A stretch of DNA of 64,000 bases from Oopsacas minuta (lineage: Eukaryota; Animalia; Porifera): assembly GCA_024704765.1 (NCBI GenBank), contig JAKMXF010000365.1:186001-250000 (forward strand). Reading direction: 5' to 3'. Under the pieces are notes generated by a model. The model had not been told where the DNA came from and did not search any database. It worked only from the letters and a program-made list of their open reading frames with translations. Shown here in pieces: positions 13,475 through 25,936 of this stretch; the stretch's first letter is position 1, and every line of letters starts with the position of its first letter. A program made the position numbers and the translations under genes.

Positions 13475-13865
13475 TCCATATCCGATATATCCCACATAGT
13501 TCCATATCCGATATATCCCACATAGTTCCATATCCGATATATCCCACATAGTTCCATATCCGATATATCCCACATAGTTCCATATCCGATATATCCCACA
13601 TCTTTCCATATCCGATATATCCCACATCTTTCCATATCCGATATATCTCACATAGTTCCATATCCGATATATCCCACATCTTTCCATATCCGATATATCT
13701 CACATAGTTCCATATCCGATATATCCCACATAGTCCCATATCCGATATATCCCACATAGTTCCATATCCGATATATCCCACATCTTTCCATATCCGATAT
13801 ATCCCACATAGTTCCATATCCGATATATCCCACATCTTTCCATATCCGATATATCACATCATAGT
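13475..13865. repeat. 26-bp minisatellite, about 15 copies
   Basis: Unit TCCATATCCGATATATCCCACATAGT with variants ending CATCTT or carrying CTCAC. The repetitive minus-strand ORFs here are by-products of the array. Confidence 0.97.
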
Positions 13866-14053
13866 TCCATAAATTCTAGCCAGAGAATTCCTAAAATAAT
13901 ATTCAAATTTGTTAATAGAAGCACCATGGATTCAGTCCAATATAATTCTAAAATAGATTTATTGTTAACTGTCGCATTTTTGAGTGTTATGTCCCGCCAA
14001 AAAATAAATCAAAACATAGCAAGTGAATTGGAATAAATAAGAATGTTTGAATT

Positions 14054-15195
14054 CTAATCAATTTTACGTTTCTTAACATTATACATGGAAACTTGACTAA
14101 TGTATCCATGGTCCATTTTGATATATTCATAGTCCTTTGGCCATTTTCCGTCGGCTTCCATTATGTCTAGCATAACAGTTTGACTGTCGAACAGACCAGC
14201 GTCTTGAATTTCAATATTGGACAGGGGTAACAACTGGAAAGGGTCACTGCCCAATCGATTCTACATTTTCACGATTTTATTCGAGGGAATTGAAAATTTT
14301 GACATGGCCTTTGAGTAAAGTGAAGTGATTGTGTCTGGCCTGGATAAGTATATAATCCTGATATCATGTTGTTTGTTGTAGAGACAAGATTTGATCTCCA
14401 AGGGGTAAACTTCAACTCGTAACTGCCGCAAGAATTTCCCGAATTCAATAACAGGTCGAAGAAGTGTGGGAGAGCTTTTCGCTTGTCCGTATCAAGACAC
14501 GAATTTCTTTCAAGCATTCTCTATCAATAATTTACAATCAATTCCCGCCACTTTTCATTAATTTTGTATTATCAATCATTCCAGGAAGATTCATTCCCAC
14601 ATTTAATTGGTCCCAGTCATCGAATCCTACGTACAATTTTCAACTTTTGAACCATTTTATATTGATAAGATACCACTTGTCACCTTTCACAAGTGGCGCA
14701 CTTAATTCATCCTGAATGACACCTTTTTGTATGCCACAATGTGGCACAACTGGCACAACTGGCACAATATATTCTTCAACATCAGAATTATCTTCACAAT
14801 TTCTTTGAAGGAATTTTGGATAGTGTACAACTGATTTCTGTAATTTTATTGATTTCATTTTTGACTTTCGTTTCGTCCAAAATTAGTAGAACTTCGTATG
14901 TAATTGCGTTTAATTCAGAAATTCGAGTTTTAAGAGAATCGCCAGGAAAATTCCCCGCACTCATAGCTTTCTAACAAATAGAAGAATCTAGAATCTCAGC
15001 TGTAGTTGTTAGACCCAACAAATCGACTTCTCTATTCCTGATATTCAGTTTCAGTTCTCTCTAAGTTTGTTCTAACTCTTCACTCAGATATAATTCTCTC
15101 TGATCTAGTAGTGAGTGTAGTTCTCTGAAACGGAGGGATAATTCCTCTCTCAGTTGTGAGAGGCAAGGATGGTAATTATCAGTAGAGTTTGCCAT
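14054..15195 (-). pseudogene. Disrupted coiled-coil + DUSP-UBL gene (USP15/USP4 N-terminus-like, no catalytic domain)
   Basis: ATG at 15195 (MANSTDNYHPCLSQLREEL..., coiled coil). Then LVKGDKWYLINIKWFKS*KLYVGFDDWD...PGMIDN, a frameshift, GIDCKLLIENA*KKFVS*YG...RPVIEFGKFLRQLRVEVYP...KM*NRLG...IQDAGLF...DGKWP, matching USP15 DUSP and UBL1. Six in-frame stops in total and at least 2 frameshifts. Confidence 0.88.
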
Positions 15196-15216
15196 TCTAC
15201 AGTTTCAATTATGGTA

Positions 15217-15283
15217 CAGTCAATTCCGGTTATCGAAGTAATTATCACGGTCCCTTGAGCTTCGATATAACCGGAGTTGATTG
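15217..15283. mobile_element. Tiny TA-flanked pogo/Tigger-type MITE
   Basis: TA|CAGTCAATTCCGGTTATCGAAG ... CTTCGATATAACCGGAGTTGATTG. Same family as 36709-36813 and 47127-47193. Confidence 0.75.
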
Positions 15284-15679
15284 TGTAATGATCGTAAAGT
15301 AATTGATAAGAAAGTGTAATAAATTTCAGTTCTGGCGGTAAGTCCCGCTTCTTTCAGACATGTTAAAAGTTTAGCACTCGCTTTTGCGGGTAGGAAATAC
15401 AATCCCGCCTAAAACTTCAATTTCCCGCTCGAAAAACTGTTCGTCCCGCTCTATTGTATTAACTTAGAGACATTAGCGAGGAGCGAATTGTTTATTTCAG
15501 ATGTATTCATCTTTCAAATACGTAACTGAGATGAAATCATCAAAAGTACAAATTTGCTTTCTGTATTCATTATGAGTTCATAATATTTATGAATATGAGT
15601 AAACACTTCTATAATTACATCACAATAATATCACACATGATTTGGCAATAATTACAATTCATAAATAAACAACAACAAG

Positions 15680-15680
<1 letters not shown>

Positions 15681-15724
<44 letters not shown>
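15681..15724. repeat. (CA)n microsatellite
   Basis: Pure CA run. Confidence 0.97.
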
Positions 15725-15727
<3 letters not shown>

Positions 15728-15844
15728 TTACATAGAAGAGTCCTTCAATACTTATAAATTCGCGTAAAATTCTGTATTTACATTTTTGGTGAATTTTATT
15801 TGAGTAGTTTGATAGTTAAGGTAAGTATCGGTTATTTATACAAA

Positions 15845-16010
15845 CAGTCAAAACCTGCTTAAAAAACGCCCACCTCTGTATAACGGTCACCTGTACATAG
15901 CTCACCTACAGTCCCCTCCGATTATCCATTATAATGACCTCTGTATAACGGTCACGTGTACATAGCGGCTATTTTTTGGCCAGTCCAATCGGTAGCCTTT
16001 ATAGACAACT
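15845..16010. mobile_element. CAGTCAAAACCTG-family MITE with an internal direct repeat
   Basis: Starts CAGTCAAAACCTGCTTAA; ACCTCTGTATAACGGTCAC(C/G)TGTACATAGC occurs twice. The right end is degenerate. Matches 10933-10973. Confidence 0.6.
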
Positions 16011-16854
16011 TTCATTTTCTTTGAAAAGTTATTTTCCTAACCAAAATTTCAATCTTTTAATATTCTAGCAATCTGGCGAATTGCTACTTGCGGAATTATT
16101 ATGTTGGGTACAGATCTAATATTTGTACTTTCAATTGATCTACTTTTGAGTGGGAAATAATGCAATCGACCTATTCATTTATGGCAAGCAACAAGATTAC
16201 CAACCTACATTGAATTGATAAACCCTCAAATTTGATGGTTGAGATTATAGCTTGCCATATAGCAAACACGTTTCGAAATTGCGCATCGTTTGCTACCACG
16301 TTCACGCAGATGATTAATCATATTTTCACACCTTTTTGAGAAAAATTCTATCATTATCCCAACAGCAAACTGCGGATTTAGGAGATTTACTATCTAATAT
16401 TTCACAGATACCATTAAGTATTTCAATTTGTATTTTGCCAATTCGCTTCACTGCCAAAAATGGCATAAACCAAAGCAACACCTTAGCAACGATAACAGTT
16501 AAAAGGAATCTAGTTGTGAGATGCATATACCATTATCCTAATTTCAAACCAAACCTGAGTCAAACTCATTAACAATTCAAAGTATTAGAATACTATATGG
16601 AACTGCTACTGAGATATATCACTACCAGTTAGCATTAAACTCTCTTACTCCTCGGAGAGATATATTAATTGATTATCCTATTAGGGATTCATTAACACGG
16701 TGGCGCCAGGAATGATTATATGTATTATCTTACAATGACCCTTGAATGCAATATGTAAATATGCTTGAAACTAGGCATATGCAAGGCTTACAGTTAAATA
16801 CAAGGCATTTGATAAACTTCAATTCATTAATTACAACTTTTATCGTTTTATATA

Positions 16855-17634
16855 ATGTTGCATAAACGTAAGTCGAAAAGCACTATGTCTTTACAAAATT
16901 CCGAAGCTGGGGTGACAGAGGACGAGTGGAAAAATGTGCAAAATAAATCGTTTAAGCGTTGGTGTAACGAGCAGTTAAAAGAGGAACAAGTTGAACTACA
17001 AAATCTCACTGATGATATCCAGGATGGCATTAAGTTAATTAAATTAGTCGAAGTTCTCACGGAAACTAAAATACCCAGATACAACAAAAAACCCAAATTA
17101 CGTCCACAGAAACTTGAGAATGTGCAACAAGCTTTGGACACTATTTCAAAGGAAAAGGTAAAATTAATAGGTCTAGGCCCTTCTGATATAGTAGATGGAA
17201 ACTCAAAGCTAATCCTCGGTCTAATCTGGACGCTGATACAGCATTACCAGATTAATCAGGCTGTCCGAAAGGCAGGAATAGTCGGAAATGTAAAGGGGCT
17301 TACACCCAAGCAAGCACTCCTAAAATGGTTACAATCAAAGTTGCAAAACCATCCAATCGGGCCGCCGGTTAACTTGACTAGTGATTGGGCCGACGGACGT
17401 CGTATCGCTGCGCTGTGCGATGTCCTCGCACCCGGGTCCTTTCCGAACGCCGAAAAACTTCCAGAGGACAGTATTTTCCAGAACCTAAAGGACTCAATCG
17501 AAGCTGCTAATATTCACCTTGGAGTTCCAAAGTTGTTATCTCCAGAAGACATACTCGCAACGAAAATCGACGAGCGTAGCATGATGATATATCTATCTGA
17601 ATTCCTTCAAGCACAACCACAACAAAAACAAAAA

Positions 17635-17673
<39 letters not shown>

Positions 17674-19965
17674 CTCTCAAACGGAGTGGCACCGGATAAC
17701 ATCCAGAATAGTCAGGAAAACATGCAGGTATACGGTCCGGGCATTGAAGGCGGTGTCCTTGTAGGAGAAGTTACAGAGTTCTATATTCAACCGAGTGTGC
17801 CGAGTCCACAGAGACCGCTAACAGTGTTTCTGTCCGGACCGTCTGGTAACCGTTTGGACGTTTGTGTGACTCCAGATTCTGACAAGGGCCTGATAACTTG
17901 CAGTTTCCAACCCACAGAGTCTGGTACTCATGAAGTTAATATAGCATCAGAAAACGAGCCAATTTCCCCCTCAAGGTACAAAGTCAATGTGTTACCCCCT
18001 GAAAACGGAAGTAACGAAGAGGAAATTTCAATAGTTCGGGCGTACGGCCCTGGGGTTGATGGAAATAATCTATATTTAGAACATCCTTGTCCATTTACTG
18101 TAAACACGGGAGATCTTGAAGGACAACTCTCCATAGAAGTGACAGGACCAAATGGACCGCTAATTGATAGTGAGTTAAATGTGAACATGATAGACGATGG
18201 GAAATTTGATGTAGTCTATGTTCCTTCTACGCCAGGTAATTACATGACCGAAGTTACTTTCAATGGAGTCCCGATTCCCGGGAATCCATTTACTGTCCTC
18301 GTTTCAGATAAGATTGGTGATTCAAGTTTCGTACGTGTACACGGGGATGGTCTTATTGGGGGGCAAATAAATGAGGCACTTACCTTCACTATAGATACAC
18401 GAGACGCTGGCCATGGGTCAATCGATATGGCAATAGAGGGGCCGTCGAAATGTGCCGCTGATTATCAAGATCATGGGGATGGTTCATGCGATGTGACGTA
18501 TTTCCCTATCGAGGTGGGTGCGTATAAGATAATCATACAATTCGATCATCAGAATGTCCCAGGGAGCCCCTACATAGCGTATGCGGTTGATTCTAGCAAG
18601 GCAGTAGCTAGTGGGCCAGGACTATCAGATGAACCGTGTATAGTTGGTGAGAGAGCACTCATTTATCTAGATGTTGAGAAGTCTGGGCGTTGTGAGATCG
18701 AATGCGAGATGAAAGGAGCAGACGGAACTGTCACAACAGTCCCCTTCGACAACTTAGATAACGTGACATTATCTGGATCCTATATTCCAACTAAACCTGG
18801 CATTTGTACGATTGATATTTCTATGTTCGGTTCGCCGTTGCACGGATCTCCTTTCAGTGTACCTGTGATCGATCCGAACGCAGTGTCAGTGACAGGAAAA
18901 GGTTTAAAGATTGGAATCGTTAATGGCAACAATGTTATCGATGTTAAGACTGCTGGCGCTGGGCCTGGTGACCTAAAAGTTGTCATGATTGAGAATCAAA
19001 CACAGTCAAGGGTGAATATTGCATTAGCACCCAAAAGTGATACGCGACATCAATTAATTTACTCTCCCAATCGCCCCGGACTATATTCGCTGCAAATTAG
19101 CTTCGCACGCGTATCACTCGATCCCTATCTCATCCGTGTAATCGATCCTAATGGAATTCGGATAGAAGGCCCTGGGATAGCACCTGAAGTACCTACCAAC
19201 ACACAAACGTATTTTACAGTAGATCATTCAAAAACAGGCTGTGATGAAGCAACAGTGAAAATTGTCTACGAAAATTCAAATGCAAATATAAGATTCACAA
19301 AGGAGAAATTGTCAAAATACGTGTATAATTATAAATTTGAGCTCTCAGAACCACAAAATTACAAAATTTCAATTCTTCTTGACGGCGAGGAGTTCGAGAA
19401 TTCACTAATCAGAATAGCTGGAATTGATCAGTCATCTATCAAGCTTTATGGTGCAGGTTTGGATGGCGGTATTGTTTTAGAGAGAGGGGAGTTCTATATC
19501 GATACGAAACACGCGGGCGATGGATCGATTGGCCTAGCTTTAGAGGGTCCAGCTGAAACGCCGGTTGTCTGTACAGAGGTTGAAGATGGCGTTTACAAGG
19601 TGTGCTATACGCCTACTTCACCCGGACTTTATAGTCTTAACGTAACCTTCTCTGACAAATTAATTGAAGGCAGTCCATTCCATATTCCTGTTACACGAGG
19701 TCCGCCAGACGCCAGTAGAGTCAAAGTAACGGATTTAGAAATGCCAGGACGGTTTATCGTCGACGCTCGCACCGCTGGAGGCTCAGGGCTACTGCAGGTC
19801 GGTGTGACTGGTCGGTTTTACCCTGCAGAATTTATATCAGTGAAACATAACGGAGACTTCACTTTTGCAGTCATCTATGATTTATTAGATCCAGAAGAGA
19901 TTAGCATAAGTGTAAAATGGCATGGAATAGATGTTCAGAATAGTCCATTTTCAGTTCATAACTAA
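16855..19965 (+). CDS. FLN: Short filamin (2 CH domains, polyQ linker, ~8 filamin repeats), single exon, 1036 aa
   Basis: WKNVQNKSFKRWCNEQL...LILGLIWTLIQHY (CH1), ALLKWLQ...DWADG (CH2), repeats beginning xGPG/xGxGL and ending GSPF. The last repeat resembles filamin repeat 24 (LLQVGVTG...ISVKH...VKWHG...NSPF). Confidence 0.95.
17620..17673 (+). repeat. (CAA)n tract coding polyQ in the filamin hinge
   Basis: CAA run encoding QPQQKQKKQQQQQQQQQQQQ between CH2 and repeat 1. Confidence 0.95.
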
Positions 19966-21871
19966 TTTGTTTATTCTTACTTGTGAACTGTGCATTTTAT
20001 TTATTACATAACTATTAATTCAATTCTGTATATTTCCTCAAGTGACTTATCATATTAAAATGTTTTTGTTTATGAATAATGTTTGTGCTTCTTTTCAGGT
20101 CCTTGAACCTTTGTCATATTCTCTGGGAGGGACTTGGCCCCGATTTTGAGGGGCCTGCAACAATGCTATTACTATTCTTTCTATTTCTTCATTTTCATGA
20201 GTGCATTACCATACTTTCGTCCTAATCCATTGTATTAATATATAATGGAAAATTCTCTGTTAGCTATTACACTGCGACTATTATGTGGCATTTACAATAT
20301 AATTATGTAAGGATATCTTTATAGGAATAATAGACTGGAAATTGCCATGTACTTGTACAGATCATTCAAAGAAGGACCACTGATAGATAGACTTTGTAAC
20401 GGTTTAGTACATTGATTTTCATATGCAGTTATTATCCTGGAAAGCACCTTAGATACCGTTGGATGGTGCAATAGAATGTTATATGATTTGGCCAAAAATG
20501 ATCAAATCATGTCCAACTTCACAAACATGACATCAGTGCACCTCCATTATCAAAATAGTTAATCATCCGCACGCTTCCTTACTGGTCTCAACGAATTCAG
20601 ATAATCCAGATTGTAATGTATTACAGCAAATTTACTCAATATTACTGTGTTTGTTAAAGTTAAGAAGTGTTAATCCAAGTAAAATTGATAGACACATAAC
20701 CACTCAGGTAATGCTGCATAATAGTTTGTAGCTCTTACAAGTTTCTAAACTAACTCAAAATCAACCATCACAATCAAATAACTCTCATAACTTCCTAATG
20801 AAAATAGTAAAGAGTTTGCATCAAAAGATGAATCTATAATGCAAAAGAAGAGTATATGTTGTTACTTGGAGTTTCCATTCTATTCCTGGTGCTTTATTTT
20901 TAGACTATTATTAATCAACAAAATGTTATTAATAAAATCTTGCAAACGAGCCAAATCACCCATAGAAGTTTTCCCACAGCTTAATTATTGCAATTGTTAT
21001 CGCATTTAATAGTTCAAACAGAAAGTGCTCTATGAATAATAAAGCAGGAATTTGGCATAAATGTCCAATTGTAATGTCTCCATGTAGGAGTAAATAACAA
21101 ACTCAAATTCTTTTAGTTTCAAGATACCAACTATTGTCTCTGATTTGGAATACTTAGGTGTTTTTTTTGTTTTTTTGGGTAATTAACCTTTACATATCTG
21201 AGTTGTACTTAATTTTCCAATAACTTTTCTTGAGTAAGTTTGTAATAGTTCCAAAGGTTGATAGTCACTGTTGAGGGTTTCATTAATCTCTGAAAAAGGT
21301 GACAATTGTCTGGGCCAGTCAGATTTGAGGATTTATGAATTATGGTGCTACTCTATTTCCAAAATTAAACGATCAATTCGTTAAATATAAGATTCGACGC
21401 GGTCACTGTTTTCCATTTATCGATCTGAACATACGTGAGTTATGTAATATTTCAATTATACAAATGTGCATTAGTCGAATTGCATCAATAATGTGTATAA
21501 TATCTATTAACTAGATGCCATATACACAACAAATTGGATTATTCAAAGGTAGACTGATGCTTAGAGCATTTACACCACAATCTGTAATTCTATCTTTTCT
21601 GTAACGATTGAATGGAATAAACGTATATGATGGCAAGCAAAATTCACTCATGACTGTATCATCCGAAATGGAGCGAATTTGTTCTCAAAGTATTTCGAAA
21701 GGAATTGAAAAATTGGGTAATATCATTGGTGTTTTCTAGCTTTTATGTCGAGTCGGATGATCCATTTGACTGAGCCAGAATGCTTTTATATCTGTCCACG
21801 TGAGACTTACTGGCCAATAACAAACTATATAAATACGGAATCACTCACACTTATAAAAACAATAAACCTCA

Positions 21872-22273
21872 ATGGAATACTTAAATGTTACAAAATCTTG
21901 TGCGGATGCTCGCAATACAGTAATATACACACCGGAGACAATTGAAAAGTATGGAATTCTACTACTTACATACGATAATACAGACCCAAATTCGACTCAA
22001 TGGCTCACAAATTTGGATAGCTTTAAGGTTACAAAAATCACTTATACATGCTTAGAGAAAATATTCAAATTGCTAGATCTGACTGATGAAGACAAGAGCT
22101 TTATTCTAGACGTTCGAAGGAAAGAAAATAAACGTGTTAGCACTGCAAAACGTAGGAGAACAATTCGACAGATAACCCAATCTGTTGAAGTCCTGAAGAA
22201 GATTAAATCTGATCTTGAGATGGAGAAAGTTCTTCTGCTAGTGGATATTGAAATCTATAAAATTTCTTGCTAA
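21872..22273 (+). CDS. Diverged CNC/Maf-type bZIP protein, 133 aa
   Basis: LLDLTDEDKSFILDVRRKENKRVSTAKRRR resembles CNC [28 protein letters not shown], followed by a Leu heptad and EK..L..DI. Confidence 0.75.
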   Translation: MEYLNVTKSCADARNTVIYTPETIEKYGILLLTYDNTDPNSTQWLTNLDSFKVTKITYTCLEKIFKLLDLTDEDKSFILDVRRKENKRVSTAKRRRTIRQITQSVEVLKKIKSDLEMEKVLLLVDIEIYKISC

Positions 22274-23385
22274 CCCTACACGCCGTTACGGAGAATCTAA
22301 TAAGAAGTACGTTACGGAGAATCTAATATGAAGTATAATATTACTCTCTCATGGTAGAGTAATATTATACTTCATTCTGTAATGATATTTTGATGCATGC
22401 TGCAAATTGATATAATTACAACAAAAATTTATGTAAACAGCTGTTTATAGATGTTTTTCACCCTTGGGGTTACATATACATATATTCTCATGAATCTAAT
22501 TATACTGAGAATGCTCCTACGATATACAGCTGTGTTATCTCAAAATGAAAGTATACACATAAATACTTCCACTTTGAATATGTTTATGCTTTTCTATTAG
22601 AAAATAATTACATTTATCGACTATTTTAGGCGAAAGTTCCACTTTCGAGTTTTCTATGAATTAAGAGAAACCTGGAATATTTACACGAGTTTTGAGAATA
22701 ATTATTTTGTTGTTTTATTTGGAATAAAGCAGGTTATCATTAACAAGAAAATTGGGGAACTATTTGAACGCGAATTGTTGAAATCTAGAAGTAGTATTTT
22801 TAGCAGATTATTTATTTAAATAATTCTGTTTCGAATAATCAGTTTTGTTTTGGATTCTTTCAACTCTTCGATCTCGTCTTTCATATTTCTATCTTGTTGA
22901 TTCTGTTTTCGAATTGACGTGGAAGATTTTGTACCTAAGTATTTCAAATCAAAGAGAGACAATAGTTGGTGTCTTGAAGTCAACAGAATTTGAGTTTGGT
23001 TTTCATTCCTACACGAAGACATTACAATTGGATACTTAAACTAAACTCCCACATAATATGTATAGATAATATTATGTTTGAACTATTGAGTGTACTAACA
23101 ATTCAACAGTGAAACTATAGAATACTTCTATGAATAACTGGACTGGGGTTACGACTCGTTAGCAAGATTTCCGATCACTTTACTGGAAGATTGTGTAAGA
23201 TTTTGTCGGATTTTTTGAGTAATAATTGTCTAAAAATAGTACTCTTTTACTAAATTTAAGGTGCTTTGGGCCAGATTCTTAGCCATAAAAAATAATAGAA
23301 AAAAAGAACAAATTATATTCTATAATAATAAACAACATAGAACGATCTCTCAAACAAATTCTTTAAGCTTGAACAACATAGAAGA

Positions 23386-23784
23386 ATGGCCCAAGCAAAG
23401 AATAGCGACCCAAAAATTTCCAAGGAATTAAAACCAGCAGGGCCTTCATCAACACTAATTGTTGAAAATATACGTCCGTTAAGTGAGTATTTGGTTCCTA
23501 AGTGGAAAGAGTTTGTTATCAATGATATTAGTGTTTTAACTGGGAGAAAGACTATTGAATTGTTTGACTTAGAGAAAATGAATGAGTTTAAACTCAAAGA
23601 AATAGACAGTCAACTTCAAAGTCAACTTCCAGGAGATATCTATGACTTTCTTAAATATGAGAGGAGGAGGGTTCAAAAGAAATCTAAGAGAAAGATTAGG
23701 GAGTCAAAACGAATGAGTTTTCCAGTACACCTACTTGGATTCCTCCCTGGGATTTCACCAAATTCGTTGCTAGTCTGTCCGTAA
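23386..23784 (+). CDS. Truncated copy of a Maf/CNC-like bZIP gene (zipper missing)
   Basis: About 97% identical to 24019-24510 over 106 codons, then switches to unrelated sequence after 23703. Confidence 0.7.
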   Translation: MAQAKNSDPKISKELKPAGPSSTLIVENIRPLSEYLVPKWKEFVINDISVLTGRKTIELFDLEKMNEFKLKEIDSQLQSQLPGDIYDFLKYERRRVQKKSKRKIRESKRMSFPVHLLGFLPGISPNSLLVCP

Positions 23785-24018
23785 TAGAACCTATTGCGCC
23801 TTTTTATTTAAATGTATTACCTGTTGTTGACAGAGTAAAGAATTAATTAGAATATAGCATATTTCAGCTGTCACGAATTACACAGAATATTTAATTCATG
23901 TTTGTGTGACTGACATACTTAACGATACTATACTGCCTTCTTACAAATATATAACAGAACAATTTAGCATGTAATTAACATATAGCACATAGAATTATAA
24001 GTATAAGCAGATATATAT

Positions 24019-24510
24019 TCAAGAGGCAGGCCCAGCTGATTTCCATATTAGTTGGTGTCCAAAATTGATTGCATTTTGATAGTAATAAATATCCCTCAGT
24101 AGTTCTGTTTTCTCTTTAACCAAATCTTTCCGAGCTACTTTTAGGTAAATTATGACCAATTCATCTATTTCACCTTCTAACTTAACATTTTTCTCCCTAA
24201 TCTTTCTCTTAGATTTCTTTTGAACCCTCCTCCTCTCATATTTAAGAAAGTCATAGATATCTCCTGGAAGTTGACTTTGAAGTTGACTGTCTATTTCTTT
24301 AAGTTTAAACTCATTCATTTTCTCTAAGTCAAACAATCCAATAGTCTTTCTCCCAGTTAAAACACTAATATCATTGATAACAAACTCTTTCCACTTAGGA
24401 ACCAGAAACTCACTTAACGGACGTATATTTTCAACAATTAGTGTTGATGAAGGCTCTGCCGGTTTTAATTCTTTGGAAATTTTTGGGTCGCTATTCTTTG
24501 TTTGGGACAT
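24019..24510 (-). CDS. Diverged Maf/CNC-like bZIP protein, 163 aa
   Basis: KMNEFKLKEIDSQL...IYDFLKYERRRVQKKSKRKIREK, then LEGEIDEL...KDLVKEKTELLRDI zipper. Confidence 0.75.
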   Translation of the reverse strand: MSQTKNSDPKISKELKPAEPSSTLIVENIRPLSEFLVPKWKEFVINDISVLTGRKTIGLFDLEKMNEFKLKEIDSQLQSQLPGDIYDFLKYERRRVQKKSKRKIREKNVKLEGEIDELVIIYLKVARKDLVKEKTELLRDIYYYQNAINFGHQLIWKSAGPAS

Positions 24511-25936
24511 TCTTCTATGTTGTTTATTATTATATATTTTGTTAATTATCTGTTGATTGAATTCTGTTATTTATATACCTGTCATAATGGAATTGGAACC
24601 ATTCATGAATTATTTAAAATTAGAAATGAGATTAGCCAATTCCCTTGACTTACCTTTATATCCGATTTCTGTGAATTGTAGTTTCATAATATTAGAAAGC
24701 AAACACATATTTTATTCAAACTCACAATGAAAGCTGCTAGAAACTGTTTGAACGTTTTGCCAAAACATATTCAGTTTGTTACCTAAAGGGAGCAGGTAGA
24801 CGAGAAGAAAGTTGCTGCTCTAGGTCTGGAATTAATTTCTAATCAGGAATATGATCGAGAAACTTCCAGTATATGCAAAGAAATAATGACAACAGGCACG
24901 TACGATAATGTAAAGAAAGTTTTGATACCTTAGTCAAGTTGTATAATAGATCTTTTCGAAATTGGAGCAATCGGAAAATAATCCAAACCAAATGTGTATC
25001 ACGCAGTTATGAGCGTGACAGTAGAAAGGTTATCAAATTGATAGCAATTCAGCTTGTTGTCCAAGACCTAATTGATTGTCTATATCTATAACTTGTTACT
25101 CAACAGATTGAATTTGTGCCACTCCCAGATTTCAAAGTCACACGACGTCACTACCCAGCTGGTTCATTCTTTCAGTAATATTTTGACTTTAATACAATTA
25201 CTAAATCGATATTCACTCATAAATTCTATTAACGCTAAACGTCTGCACATTCTAAGTTCTCAAGTTTCCTACATTATTACTTATGTTATTACCAATTAAT
25301 GTATCTATTGTATTGTGAGACGATAAATATTAGAAATTCTATTGTGGTCATCTGTGGTACATTTTCTGCATTTGCAATTTTCATTTCAGTTCTCTATGAA
25401 AATGAAAATCTGGAATTCATGAACAAATGTGTTCCTGACTATTCCACGTATTTTACAAACGGAAAGCTTAAATATTGACCCTGGAATTATGTAACATCTC
25501 TACCTCCCAAAAGTGATTACTAATATTAAAGTTGCCGTTAATTCGGCTCACTATGAATAAACCTTTATTAGAGATATGAATTTGAATGCAATATCAATCA
25601 AATCCATAACTCTGTTGATTCTTAAAGTTTCAGAGATACGTCATTTTCGATTTTACTTGCCGGTATTAATTTTGGTACTTTAAAAGATAAGAACTTGAAA
25701 ATTGGTCTGCCTGTGGGATATGGTGTATCTAGGAATATTGTATAATATCTAAGAGATAGTTCCATACCTCTTTGAAATAGGTGATAAAATGTCTTGACCT
25801 GTCAAATTTGAGGGTTTAGTGTACAAGGAGAATGCACTTGTAACCAAGGATTCCATACATATATTGCAAAACCATAACAAACAAATACACAAGATGATAT
25901 ATGAACATATACTACTATATGTAAGTAAGAAAACAA

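Noticed and set aside
13404-13857. Repetitive ORFs (MWDISDMELCGIYRIW...)
   Set aside because: Translations of the 26-bp minisatellite; the unit is not a multiple of 3.
14054-14700. Alternative genetic code (TGA=Trp) or a mitochondrial insert as the explanation for the stops
   Set aside because: One stop is TAG, the gene is a nuclear USP type, it has frameshifts, and neighbouring genes such as kinesin, NHL and UQCRH terminate normally (TGA or TAA).
24700-24935. Protein-like frame (EKKVAALGLELISNQEYDRE)
   Set aside because: Short, stop-bounded and unassignable.
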